A stretch of DNA of 64,000 bases from Lingula anatina (taxonomy: Eukaryota; Animalia; Brachiopoda). A model generated the notes under the pieces. That model was not told where the DNA came from, ran no database searches, and saw nothing but the letters and a program-made list of their open reading frames with translations. Shown here one piece after another: positions 38,120 to 51,720 of the stretch. The stretch is from the NCBI GenBank assembly GCA_051362555.1, contig CM120640.1:7874001-7938000 (forward strand), read 5' to 3'. The stretch's first letter is position 1. Each line of letters begins with the position of its first letter. The translations under genes and the position numbers were made by a program.

Positions 38120-38150
<31 letters not shown>

Positions 38151-39861
38151 ATGAGATAGAGTTTTAGTCCCATCATGAATTTTTGATTCCATAGACTAGT
38201 CACATCACTTTACGTGCATGATGGGTTTTTCTCTTCATGCGTATTATGGTGATTTAAATCGAAAATGTTCCTAATTATAGAATAAAGATAATTTTCCCCT
38301 GGATTACCAAACAATGTCCAATGCTAGTCACGAACTGTGGTCTAAATTTCACATACTGTATAATGTATAAGATCAATAGCATTCTTTTAAAATTCAGATA
38401 CAGATACGAAAACCATATAGGAAATTGTTGCATATTTCTGCATATGGCCTATCTGCAAACAAATTCCTTCATTTTACTAAGGAAATGTAGGCCTATAATA
38501 CAACTCCTTGATTTTGGGGTAAAATACATCTTTCCAGTATTCATTTTTACAATCCATTTTCATCATTTTACATGATTGATTTTATTTTTGGTCCTAAAAT
38601 TTATATTGCTATCATAATATTAACCAAATTAAAAGCAAGTTCAGGAAAAAACTATTTTGTGACATTGAAATTCTCGCAAAATATATCGTCCCTGTATTAT
38701 TGTGACGCAAAAACCGTGTACTTAAAAAATCATTTTCTTAATGTCGTTGTTGTCATTTTTTTGCATTCAGTTTACCCAAACAGCTATTGTTTCCTTTGCC
38801 TCCAAATTCCCTGGCACCCAGCCTTGTGACCTGAACTTCTTTCTTAATTGTATCAGGACAGTTAATTCCATGCGTTTAGTACTATTTTTAATATATGAGG
38901 TCGCACAAGATATTTCTGTAATCGCAAAAATCACAGATATTCTGACAAAGCATGCGAAAAGATCGGTGACCTGCCTAACAAAAGTTCTTTCCCAAGATGG
39001 AGGCTTAGGTTCGACATTCATGAACCAAATGATTTCTGTATTCATTTTAGTTCTGTTCACGTTTTAGGACTAATAAGCGCGCATGCTGTACATGTTTTGG
39101 AATTCGCTTTTTAAAATCCGTTTGTTAAAAGAGCTCTACTGCCCCAGCTGACTAATTAACTTTTATTTAAATATAAAATAATATAATAACTGCGGTAGCA
39201 TTATAAATATTTCCTAAGGGTTTTTCAGAAAAAATCGGCTTCACGCAAAACAGTAAAGCAAACTGGTTACGTTAAGTTAAATCGAAAGACATTGATTAAC
39301 ACACTAAATTAAACCAAAACATATATTATCATTTATATTTATTGAAATTAAGCACGTAAAGATTATCAAAGACATACGTAAAATTTATTCAATATTTTGC
39401 TCTTGGGTAAAATCAATTGCAAAATAATTTCTGTGCAAAACCAATTTTGTCAAACATTAAATTATATCTGAACTATAGGCCTAGCTGGTAAATATTTGGA
39501 AAACTGGTTTCATGTTATAATGCAGGCATAGGGGCCTAATACTTTTCAGTAAAATAAAGAGAATTTATTGATAGATAATTTTGGCATTGAATTTAACACA
39601 TTCTAGAAAAAGAGGAGATTTAATGACGCTAAGTAGGCCAAGCCCCTATTCATTAAATTAGTTCGATCAAATTTTCAATACTTACATTTAATGACTAGTG
39701 TTTTCTTTACTTTACTCATTTTTTCCCTAAGTACTTTATTAAAATGCGCTTTGTGTTCCAAAATCAATCCATTATCAATAATAGGTATAAATAATTATGT
39801 TCGTGATCCAAGACTGTCAATATCATGTCACGTTTTGGCTAGAGATGGGACTGCTGAATTA

Positions 39862-39921
<60 letters not shown>
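39862..39921. repeat. (AAT)n microsatellite
   Basis: About 20 uninterrupted units; the source of the poly-Asn run in ORF 39691-39978. Confidence 0.95.
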
Positions 39922-39922
<1 letters not shown>

Positions 39923-40295
39923 GGTTTTGGGGCGGACTTTTGCATACTAGCATAGCCTTTCAGAGTCTGTCTCATTGATTATTTTTAATTCACCCATATT
40001 TTACTTAACAATATTTCCACTTTTTATCAAAATATATAAACTGCTTTTTTTTTCTTGACGAATTTGTTTAAGAACAACTTTTTAAATTAACGTTTTGCGC
40101 TTTTCCTCGTATGGAAAACACCAGTGATAATAAACATGAAAATAGTCAGAGAGAAAAAAGTGTTATCCACGGGAGAGACTTTTTCCATGTTCTGTTTTAA
40201 TTTTTTCAAACCCGTTCATACATTACGTTCATAAATTTAAGACAATCGAGCTACCGTGAATTGAAGCGCCATCTATGATAACGTTGCCTGTAAAC

Positions 40296-43200
40296 ATGGC
40301 CACATTGCGAAGGTCGTTTCGCTTATGTGGTCGGTTCTCCCATTTATACACTCGTTGTCAGGGTAAACTACCACTCCACAGAAGATGCATGTCGGTGGTT
40401 TCTTGTATAGATCGTAAGTATTAGTTATACGTGGTTCATATCACCGAATAGTCGCTATGCAATATTAATCAACTTTTCGTTCGTGTTGTGTAACTATTAA
40501 ATACACCTTTAACTTTGCCACTGAGGGTGAAGGCTCCTTCAGCTGTTGGAGCGGTTGATGGCTGTAAATTTCGTATCCATTTACCGTATCCATTTTTGTA
40601 TCTCGGCATTAACATTTCCAGTTAAGTGACATTTATGTTTAGATACATGATTAAATGTTCAAATATTGAAAGTGCACCTTAATTCATGTCAGAGTGTTCT
40701 ACATGTATTTATACAGCAGTTCATTATTATATATACATAGTGTCAGAACAATGGGATAATTATGTGCACCTGGTTGTGCCGTTCTCATAAGCTAGCTCTG
40801 TGTAGCAGTCTGATTATTATTATTATTGAATTATTATTTTTTATTTAAATTTCTTGGCTCTTTGTACATGTATGATGATTGTTATTTCATATGTTATAGC
40901 ATCTATGGGATTAAATGAAGAACAGCAGCAGATCCAGAAATTAGCAAAAGACTTTGCTGCTAATGAGATGTCTCCTCACATGGCTCAGTGGGACCAGGAA
41001 GTAAGAGAACGTATTTGAACCTAGAAAATTGAAGGAAGAAATATTTGAAATTATTCCCTGTAACATCCTCCATTTTGCTTTAGTGAGATTATGTTATTGG
41101 TCAGCACTATAAATATCTACTTTGGTTGATACTTTTAAATTGGCATTTGCAAAGAAATGTTCTGTATAGTGTGTTATGTGTTGTATTTAAAACAAAAATC
41201 TGTTCTAAAACTAGGATGTAGATAGCAGAATACATTTTCAGGAAATTTTCCCCGTAGATGTGCTGAAGAAAGCTGCTGCACTTGGCTTTGGTGCTGTTTA
41301 TTGCCAAGAAGAGTTTGGAGGAAGTGGACTTAGTCGTCTGGATGCATCAATAATATTTGAGGCTCTCTCACAGGGCTGTGCCAGCACAACAGCTTACCTC
41401 AGTATACACAAGTAGGGTACTAACACACACATATATCACAAGGATAGATATTCTATAAATGAAATCTAAAAATTCATTTGTCATTAGTCAAACTTTAAAT
41501 ATTGATTTTATTTTTGTTTGTTTAGGAGAGCTTTATGAGAAATTTGTAAATTTTAGTTTGGTATGGACAGTCTGCAGGTAGATCTACATCCTTGCAACAA
41601 ATCTTGGACATAATAACGTAATTTTGTCCATGAACAAATATAGTCTACTGTATATCTGATTTTAATTTTTGACATTTCATCCACTGTTGAAAATCAGACC
41701 CAAAGTAAAATAATAAGGCCAGTATTTGTATGTTGTATGAAACTATTGAAGTGAATTTCCGTTCCAGCATGTGTGCCTGGATGGTAGACACATTTGGAGA
41801 TGATACACAGAGAGAGCAGTGGCTGCCAAATATGGCCTCCATGGAAACCTTAGCTTCATACTGTCTCACAGAGCCAGGTAACTTTTTATGTACAGACACA
41901 GATGTGTCTGTACATATTGCCATCACCTGCGTCTGTCGTCGCCGATGCCGATGCCGATGGCGATGGCGATGCCGATGCCGATGCCGATGCCGTGCACTTT
42001 CCTTGTAAACACGATAAGTGGAGGGCAGTTTTAATTTTTGGCTTTATATTTACAGAGCTGGTGAATATTCATAAAACGCAGGTCAAGTTCGAAAATCAGC
42101 ATGATCGGGCCATTATTGTAGAAGTTATGCTGTTTTTTCACTTTTCAGCATATTTTTCACATTTCCTCAGATTCAATTCTTAGGCATGTTAACAGTCTCA
42201 TTATTAAACTAATAAGATATGTAAAAGTTTTTGTTTGACATTTCCTGCATCTTTACAACATTGTTAGTTGATTTTGTAAAAATGATGGTAAACTTGTTAT
42301 CATGTATTGTGTAATAAAGTTTCAAAAATGGAAATAAACTCATATCATTGCACTTTGTCAGATTCAATCATTCACTATGTTCTGAATCTCAGAATGGAAG
42401 AAATTGGACATTTAACACTGCTTTATTGATATTTTTCACATCTCATCAATTTTCTTAGTTGATCATATAAAAATGGCAGTAAACTGTTAATTTTGTTTTA
42501 TGTTAAAAATTGTTTAAAATGGGGAAAAAAACATTTCAGAACAGTGCTGTCTTGTTTACATTTTGGCATTTTCAAGTTGTGACTTTGAAGTTCTATGGGC
42601 CTGAAGACCTTTGCTAGTCACATTTTCTGAATATCCATGATACTAATATTTTATTATTAAAAATTGATGGTCATTATGCTGTTAAACATTATGTAAAATT
42701 GCATCAAAATTTGAAAAAAACCTATTTTGGGCACTGCTCCCATGATGACCATTTAAGAAAACCATGTCACTTACTGTTCTCAAACAATACAGTAAATATA
42801 TATATATAGATGTGTCTGTACATATTGCCATCACCTGCATCTGTCTTCGTCGCCATCACCGCCGTCACCGGCGCCTTGCACTTTTATTGTAACGAGATAA
42901 GTGGAAGGCAGTTTTACTTTTTGGCTTTATATGCACAGAGCTGATGAATATTCATAAAACGCAGTTCAAGTTCGAAAATCAGCATGATCGGGCCATTATT
43001 GTAGAAGTTATGCTTTTTTTTCACTTTTCAGCATATATGCAACACTGTAAACACATTCCAAGGAAAAGCGATAGGCCTGTTGTCATGAAACTCACAGGAG
43101 TAATCTATCTTACTAAAACGCAGGTCAAGTTCGAAAATCAGCATGATCAGGCCACTATTTTAGTAGTTATGCTTTTTTTTCACTTTTCAGCATATATGCA

Positions 43201-46200
43201 ACACGTACTGTAAACACAATATACGAAAAACAGATAGGCCAATTGTCATTAAACTCACAGGAGTGCTCAATCCTGCTAAAACGCAGGTTGAGTTAAAAAA
43301 TCAGTATAATCAGGCCATTATTTTAGAAGTTATGTTGTTTTTTCACATTTCCTCAGATTCAATTCTTAGGCATGTTTACAGTTTCATTATGTAATTAATA
43401 AGATATTAAAAGTGTTTGTTTGACATTTCCTGCATCTTTATAACATTGTTAGTTGATTTTGTAAAAATGATGGTTAATTTGTTATCGTGTATTGTGTAAT
43501 TAAGTTTCAAAAATGGAAATAAACTCATATCATTGCAGTTTGTAAGATTCAATCATTCACTATGTTCAGAAACTCAGAATGGAGGAAATTGGACATTTGA
43601 CACTGTTCTATTGATATTTTTCACATCTCATCAATTTTCTTAGTTGATCATATAAAAATGGCAGTAAGCTGTTAATTTTGTTTTATGTTAAAAATTGTTA
43701 AAAATGGCAAAAAAAACATTTCAGAACAGTGCTGTCTTTGTTTACATTTTGGCATTTTCAAGTTGTGACTTTGAAGTTCCATGGGCCTGAAGACCTTTGC
43801 TAGTCACATTTTCTGAATATCCATGATACTAATATTTTATTATTAAAAATTGATGGTCATTATGCTGTTAAACATTATGTAATATTGCATCAAAATTTGA
43901 AAAAACCTACTTTGGGCACTGCTCCCATGATGACCATTTAAGAAAAACCATGTCACTAACTGTTCTCAAACAGTACAGTAAATATGTACAGATGTGTCAA
44001 AAATGTGTCTGTACATATTGCCATCACCTGCGTCTGTCTTCGTCGTCACCGCCGTCACCGGCGCCTTGCACTTTCATTGTAAACACGATAAGTGAAAGGC
44101 AGTTTTACTTTTGGGCTTTATATTTACAGAGCTGATGAATATTCATAAAACGCAGGTCAAGTTCGAAAATCAGCATGATTGGGCCATTATTGTAGAAGTC
44201 ATGCTTTTTTTCACTTTTCAGCATATTTCACATATTGGCATTTTCAAGGTGTGACTTTGAAGTTCTACATGCTTGAAGACCCATGTTAGTCACATTTTCT
44301 GAAAATCCATGATACGTATATTTTATTATTAAAAATTGACGGTCATTATGCTGTTAACCAATATGTAATATTGCATCAGAATAGAAGAAAACAATTATGG
44401 GTGCTGCTGCCATGATGACCATTATGGGAAAACCATGTTACTTATGATTGCCAAATGTCAAAAAAGAAATGCAGGACTAAAATGCAGCCTGGGTTGGAAA
44501 AGTAGTCTAATTGGCTTCTTTTTCTGGAAGTTATACATTTTCAAAGTGTGAACTTGAACTCCCATGGGCCTGAAGCCTTAGGCTTGTTACACATTTTACT
44601 TACATTGGTATTACCTGTTGAGCATAATTAAAATTTGATGTTGAATTTGCAGTTTAACATAATGTACTTTTGCATCAGAATTGACAGTAGCCTATTTTGT
44701 GCATAGTTATTTCCTGCTTTTTGTCTGTACATTTGACAGCTTTGCTGCCTTGTTTACTTTTTAAATAAATAAATAAGTATTTCAGTATTCTTTATGCAAA
44801 AGCTCAGTTATTTCAGTGTCACTAGTACATCACAGGCAGTTTTACTTCTTACTCTTATATAGAGGTCTGTACAATGTAGATGGGTGGAGTTGGGTGGGAA
44901 ACTGTCTGTCATGAATTTGAATTTAGGAGTACATCTGAGTTGTTATTGGGTTTTGTTGTAAAAAGTTACACTTTTTTTAGAAATAGAACCCCCCCCCCCT
45001 CCTTGAAATTACTGGCTACAGACCTGTACATTTGACAAGATATAAATACGTATGCAAAGTATGAAAAATGTACCAAAAAGTGTTAAATATTAATATTGTC
45101 TGTGTGAATTATGGTATTTACTTGATGTGGTTTCAAACCAAAATTTTCTGTTGAATTCTAGGAAGTGGAAGTGATGCTGCATCTCTTTCTACCACTGCCA
45201 AAGTGGATGGAGATCATTTTATTTTGAATGGCACTAAGGTACTGGTGTTTTTTCTACCCCATGATATATGTACAAAAGACAATTTAATCATTGCTTATAT
45301 AGGGGATTTGTCTTAGTTGTCATGTGTTCCTTGTCATTCTTTTACATGTACTTTGAAGGCAGAAAAGCATAATATTCTATAACGTTACAAATGTGGCACT
45401 TCCCTTATGTATTCAGAAAGAGTCTAGGTGATATTGGTGAATTAATTAAAGTTTTGTTTCCCATTGTCAGGTATTTATAAGTGGTGGAGGAGACACAGAT
45501 GTGTACATTGTGATGTGTAGGACTGGGGATAAAGGACCTGGTGGAATCTCATGTGTAATGGTGGAGAAAGGCTCTCCAGGACTACATTTTGGTAAAAAGG
45601 AGAAAAAGGTGATCTTTAGATGTTAGCTGATAGGTAAATTTTAACATTTGTCTATTTCAGTTAAAAGATTGTTCTTTTTGCCCTGAAGTGTCGTCATGAG
45701 TGCTTATCCAGGAGCTTTGTATTTTCTATAGGATGGCTACAAAATATAATGCGAATTGCAGTGTGCAAAAAGTTGATTGTGAGTAGTTTGTCCATTGATT
45801 TCTGTATTATTCCTTTGTTTTCTGATGTGTACAGTTAGGCTGGAACTCTCAGCCCACCCGTGCTGTGATATTTGAAGACTGTAAGGTGCCAAGGAAAAAC
45901 CTGCTGGGAGGAGAAGGGAATGGGTTTAAAATAGCAATGAAAGGTCTCAATGGTGGGAGGATAAATATAGGTATTATTTTCAACATCTCCCCAATCCATG
46001 TGGAGTGATTTTTTAAAAATTATGTTTTTCTGTAGATATTTTGGAAAGTAATTTTCTGGTACAATGTTAACATAAAAAATTCATTAACAAGAATGATTAA
46101 TGTGATCGACTGAAATTAACTGTTAAACCAGCTCTCTAAAATCAAAACATTTCTTAATGATAAATTTGTTTTTGGTGCATTTTAACTTAGTATGTGTTCA

Positions 46201-48051
46201 GTGTATTCATATATGTGCCATTTCCCGTAGTTATATTTTCTTTAAAAACACTCGTTTCCATGGATGTATGCTTACACAATTTTAAGAAAATATGACAAGA
46301 CAGTGATATTTGAATGTTTGAATTATAAGGAAAATTATTTCAACTTTTAACTTGTCGATCATTTTGTTAATATTGCTGGGATTTGTATAGAAAATGTGTT
46401 TTGCTTACAAGAAACTCCATATCACCATAACATGTTAATGTATGACTCTTTTTTAGCCTCGTGCTCACTAGGAGCAGCTCAAGCCAGTTTGGAACTTGCC
46501 AGGGACCACATTAAAGTGAGGCAACAGTTTGGACAGAAATTAGCAGATTTTCAGGTACTTTTATCCAGTTAATACTGTATGTAACTTGTGGTCAAGAGCA
46601 ATTGCATGTTATGCTTTGTATTAACTAAAATCAGTTTGAAACTGGTGAATACTTTCTGTCAGCTGCACAACAGTCATATTTGTTCTATTGAATGCTAATT
46701 TTAACACAATTCTGTCCAATTTCAGTACCTTCAGTTTAAAATAGCAGAAATGGCCACCAGCCTGGTCACCTCAAGGTTGTTGGTGCGGCAGGCGGCAGTG
46801 GCACTACAGAACAATGCCCCTGAGGCTGTGTCCCTGTGCTCCATGGCTAAGTTACACACAACTGAAGAATGCTTTCAGGTATGGGGTAAAGTCCAAGCTT
46901 TAACTCTCACACTAATTTCAACAAATTCTGACATTGACTGTGGATGACAGGCAGTGTCAGGGCTGCCAAAACTGAAGAAGTGTGTGAGATATGTTCCCTC
47001 GCATGCTCAAAACACTTGCGTATCAGGAAACTGCTGACGTAAAGGCAATTAAAAATGCCAGTGTCTCAGAGACTTGGCAGACCCATCATGTCTGACTTGC
47101 ATGTCAAAAACTTTTGAAAAGACATTTGAGGTCATTAAATCTGATATTGCATGTTTAGCAAATAACTTACATGACATATTCAGTAAAAAAAGTAATATTA
47201 CTGATACATATTGAACTTTATATTTTCTTTTATAATTTGTAGCAACTTTGGTCCATCATTTTGGCCTTTTAAAGTCAAATGTAAAACAATGACAGAGGCA
47301 TTTCATTAATTTTAAAATGTTATTGCAAAATTCTAACAGTTCGTGTAAGTGAAATATTTTATTCGAAGATGTAAAATGTTGGGTAAGTACAGAAAAACTC
47401 AAGACACTATCCCAAACTCACCATCCAGCATATTCAAACAGTTTTGTGTGTGAAAGGGTTCTCACTTTTTGATATATTATTGAACGTTTTTGCTAGAAAT
47501 TAATGACATGTTAATCTTTTTTTTTTCATTCCAAAGGTGTGCGACCAAGCATTACAACTGTTTGGAGGATATGGCTATCTCAAAGACTACTCAGTGCAAC
47601 AGTACATGAGGGATATAAGGGTGCACAGGATACTAGAGGGTAAGAATACAACACTGGTTCTGTTATGATTTTTTCCTCACTCTACTAGACTCCTTGATTA
47701 TAGTTTTTTAATATCTTATTTGTGTTAGAAAACAAACATAACATTTTGCGAAAATTCTAAATATAGGCCTGCTAAGAACTGATCCAACTTGAAACCCAAT
47801 GTGGTCCAACTTAATATAAACTGACATCCGATTCTGAATGCTAAAACCTAAAATATGCCAATTGACATCAGTTGGACCATTTCCAGTTCAAGCAATTTTG
47901 TCACTGTGCCTCTTAATAGTAACATTTTTTCACAGTACATTAAAAATTATATAGTAATGGTCTTGTGTAATCCAATCTGCATGATGTTTCCGTTTCAGGT
48001 ACAAATGAAGTGATGAAGATGTTGGTTTCAAGAGATGTGCTCAAGGATTAA
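40296..48051 (+). CDS. ACAD8: Isobutyryl-CoA dehydrogenase, mitochondrial
   Basis: Eleven in-phase exons: 40296-40413, 40900-41000, 41242-41411, 41768-41877, 45162-45238, 45471-45608, 45835-45970, 46457-46554, 46726-46878, 47537-47639, 47999-48051. Arg-rich presequence; motifs [111 protein letters not shown]. Confidence 0.96.
41883..44755 (+). mobile_element. Composite (three head-to-tail units) non-autonomous Helentron/HINE-like element in ACAD8 intron 4
   Basis: 5' T-run and palindrome atgtacagacacagatgtgtctgtacat, (GCCGAT)n microsatellite and ~160-bp core repeats (aaaacgcaggtcaagttcgaaaatcagcatgatc). The head motif tgtgtctgtacatattgccatcacctgc recurs at ~41903, ~42811 and ~44004. A single 3' end reads ttgtctgtacatttgacagctttgctgccttgttt. 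Confidence 0.8.
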
Positions 48052-48063
48052 ACATTAGATTTT

Positions 48064-48234
48064 CATGGGCAGATAGGGGCTGGCTTATGGGTCTTCTAGA
48101 AGACTTTCAGAATTTTTCAAGTTTACATTGATGGGCTTCTGATTTTTTTCTGTTGGAAGACAGTCAAATATGACAGATGGATCAACAAAGATAATTTGGA
48201 AGACTGTCAGAAAATATCTTTGGATCTGCCCCTG
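48064..48234 (+). mobile_element. MITE of about 170 bp just after the ACAD8 stop codon
   Basis: catgggcagat ... atctgcccctg termini with atttt on both sides (5-bp TSD); the internal sequence matches the copies at 23457 and 53353. Confidence 0.82.
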
Positions 48235-49709
48235 ATTTTTATGTCAAAATGAACATAAAGTATTGCCTAGGCAGCTATGGTTGTTTTCAGTATTTGAAAT
48301 GTGCTTTGCATTTCAACCAGTGCTAGTCATTTGCTCAGTAGATATTTTAATGCTTACCTGTGAAATCATGACAAAAAATTTGAGGCTTTCAGAAGCAAAC
48401 ACTCGTACTATGTAAGACTGGTGACAGCTTCACTGTGATTATGATAATAAATTTTGTTTTTAACAATAATCCACACAACCATCACATCAGTGATGATCTC
48501 TGAAATGAAACAACACTAATTACAAAGGGAAGCCATATCAATTTTAAAAATGTCAAATATCCACTTTTCTCAAAAAGCACAGGAGTTCAAGTGTTAGGGG
48601 AACCATCGTATGGATGGAACTGGAAAAGTCATAATGAACAAAGCCTACAGCATTATATTTATTGATCATCCACCATAATTTTAGGTATCATTTTTATGAC
48701 AAATTGTGAGAATATTTCATACCTATGCAAAATAAACTATTAATAATGATAAAGCATTTGTCATCAAAATTTACATTACATAGATGAAGGTACTGATTTC
48801 TATGAAAATTGTAAAAACGACCATGTCAGACAACTTGGCATTTATATGAATAAGTACTTTGGAACTCTATGTTTATCACAAAGATAGGAACTGCCCTAAT
48901 ATTAATATGTGACTACAACAAGGCACTGGTTTTACCAGGATTACAAATACATAATTCAGATTGACTTGCTAACCTTGACATACAACGTCTCCACAACGAT
49001 ATGATGGTTAAACATCTGTAACTTAATTCTGTAAGTTATAACATGTTTCACTACAAACAGAATCCTAAAAACTATAAAGACATTACAAGTTATATAAATG
49101 TTGACAAACAGCATTATTAAATTTTAAAAATGTTTTGAATGTAACATGACTTTCAATTAATGTTTGACAAAAAACTGAAACTGGTGCCAATAAGGCATTA
49201 ATTGAATGATGTACAACAGGACTATTTGCAATTTCAAAGAGGGTTCTTTTCTATAAAAAAAGTGGACATTCTTACCCAGTTTATTGGCCCAACCTGAGAA
49301 ATGGAATCAAACCTAAAATGCAATTGGCATTCAAAATGGACCTGTTCTGGGATGGTTCTTTGTACCTTGCCTACAGCACTGATCTGATGAAATGTCTCCA
49401 TACTAAGATATATAACAATCATAAATGAAGCAATAAGCCTGGTGTACTTTTTGACTTAAAAATCAAAATAAAGTTCTACTAAAATCAAAATAAAGCTTTG
49501 TTAAAAAATCAACATCAAGATACGTTGAAAAATCAAAATGAAGCTTGAGAGATAACATCTGTGATACAAAACTACTGGAAAAATTACATCACTGTCTAAC
49601 TGAAAGACAACCAGCATGACTATGATATCTTGCAAAATCAACACCTAAGGCAATGGATTGCTGGAGACTAGCATAAAATGATGATATGGTCCAGTCATTT
49701 CTACATCAA

Positions 49710-51720
49710 TACAAGGCAGCAAAGCTGTCAAATGTACAGACAAAGAACAGAAAATAAAGATGCAAATAAGTGAAAAATTAAATTTTCACAAAAAACTGTT
49801 AAATTGCCAGAAAAATTTACCAAACAGACTGCGTTGCCTATTGAAGTTGTATGTTAGACCCATGTTTCTTTCCTGTAAGTTTGAGAACAGTAAGTGACAT
49901 GATTTCCCTTAAATGGTCATCATAGGAGCAGTGCCCAAAATAGGGGTTTCTTCAAATTTTGATGCAACATTACATAATGTTTAACAGCATAATGACAATC
50001 AAATGTTATTAATAAAATATTAGTAACATGGACATTCAGAAAATGTGACAAGCAAAAGTCTTCAAGATCATGGAACTTTAAAGTCACACCTTGTAAATGC
50101 CAATATGTGAAAAATTAAATTTTCACAAAAAACTGTTTAACTGCCAAAAAAAAAAATAAATAAATAAAAATACCAAACAGACTGCATTGCCTACTGAAGC
50201 TGTATTTTAGTCCCATGTTTCTTTCCTGTAAGTTTGAGAACAGTAAGTGACATGATTTTCCTTAAATGGTCATCATGGAAGCAGTGCCCAAAATAGGGGT
50301 TTCTTCAAATTTTGATGCAATATTACATAATGTTTAACAGCTTAATGACCATCAATTTTTAATTATAAAATATTTGTTTCACAGATATTCAGAAAATGTG
50401 ACTAGCAAAGGTCTTCAGGCCCATGGAACTTCAAAGTCACGCCTTGAAAATGACCAAATGTAAACAAGACAGCACTGTTCTGAAATGGGTTTATTTCCAT
50501 TTTTAACACTTTTTTAACATAAAACAAAATAAACATTTTACTGCCATTTTATATGACCAACTAAGAAAATTGATGAGATGGGAAAAGTATCAATAGAACA
50601 GTGTTAAATGTCCAATTTCCTCCATTCTGAGATTCTGAACATAGTGGATGATTGAATCTGACAAACTGCAATGATATGAGTTTATTTCCATTTTTGACAC
50701 TTTATTACACAATACATGATAACAAGTTTACCATGTTTTTTTACATAATCAACTAACAATGTTGTAAAGATGCAGGAAATATCAAACAAACACTTTTAGG
50801 CATCTTATTAGTTAAATAATGAGACTGTTAACATGCCTAATAATTGAATCTGAGGAAATGTGAAAAACAGTATAACTTCTAAAATAATGGCCCGATTATG
50901 CTGATTTTCGAACTCAACCTGCGTTTTAGTAAGATTGACCACTCCTGTGAGTATAATTACAATTGGCCAATCCGTTTTTCTTATATTGTGTTATCAGTGT
51001 TGTATTTATATTGAAAATAGTGAAAAAACAGCATAAATTCACTAAAAATGGCCCAATCATGCTGATTTTCGAACTTGACCTGCGTATTATGAATATTCAT
51101 CAGTTCTGTAAGTTTCAAGTCAAAAGGTAAAATGGTTTTCCACTTATCGTGTTATCGGTGCTGCATATATGCTGAAAAAAATGAAAAAAAAGCATAAATT
51201 CCCTAAAAGTGACCTGATCATGCTGATTTTCAAACTTGACCTGCGTATTATGAATATTCATCAGTTCTGTAAGTTTCAAGTCAAAAGGTAAAATGGTTTT
51301 CCACTTATCGTGTTATCGGTGCTGCATATATGCTGAAAAAAGTGAAAAAACAGCATAAATTCCCTAAAAGTGACCCGATCATGCTGATTTTCGAACTTGA
51401 CCTGCGTATTATGAATATTCATCAGTTCTGTAAGTTTCAAGTCAAAAGGTAAAATGGTTTTCCACTTATCGTGTTATCGGTGCTGCATATATGCTGAAAA
51501 AAGTGAAAAAACAGCATAAATTCCCTAAAAGTGACCCGATCATGCTGATTTTCGAACTTGACCTGCGTATTATGAATATTCATCAGTTCTGCAAGTTTCA
51601 AGTTAAAAGGTAAAATGGTTTTCCACTTATCGTGTTATCGGTAAAAGTGCGGCAACGACGGCGACGACAGACGCAGATGATGGCTATATGTACAGACACA
51701 TCTGTGTCTGTACATAAAAA
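49710..51720 (-). mobile_element. Non-autonomous Helentron/HINE-like element, same family as 41883-44755, inverted orientation
   Basis: Reverse-complement termini: acaaggcagcaaagctgtcaaatgtacagacaa (49711) and atgtacagacacatctgtgtctgtacataaaaa (to 51720). Internal 161-bp tandem array and a ~340-bp duplication (about 49770-50460). Confidence 0.82.
50860..51641. repeat. Tandem array of five 161-bp monomers inside the Helentron-like element
   Basis: The anchor gctgattttc(g/a)aact occurs at 50900, 51061, 51222, 51383 and 51544, an exact 161-bp period. Confidence 0.92.

Noticed and set aside
41902-42183. ORFs with (AD)n or (RC)n repeats, and similar ORFs at 42944 and 43950
   Set aside because: They are translations of the microsatellite and core repeats of the Helentron-like element, not genes.
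50860-51641. Regularly spaced repeats considered as a CRISPR-like array
   Set aside because: These are contiguous 161-bp monomers with no unique spacers, in a eukaryotic context with no cas genes.
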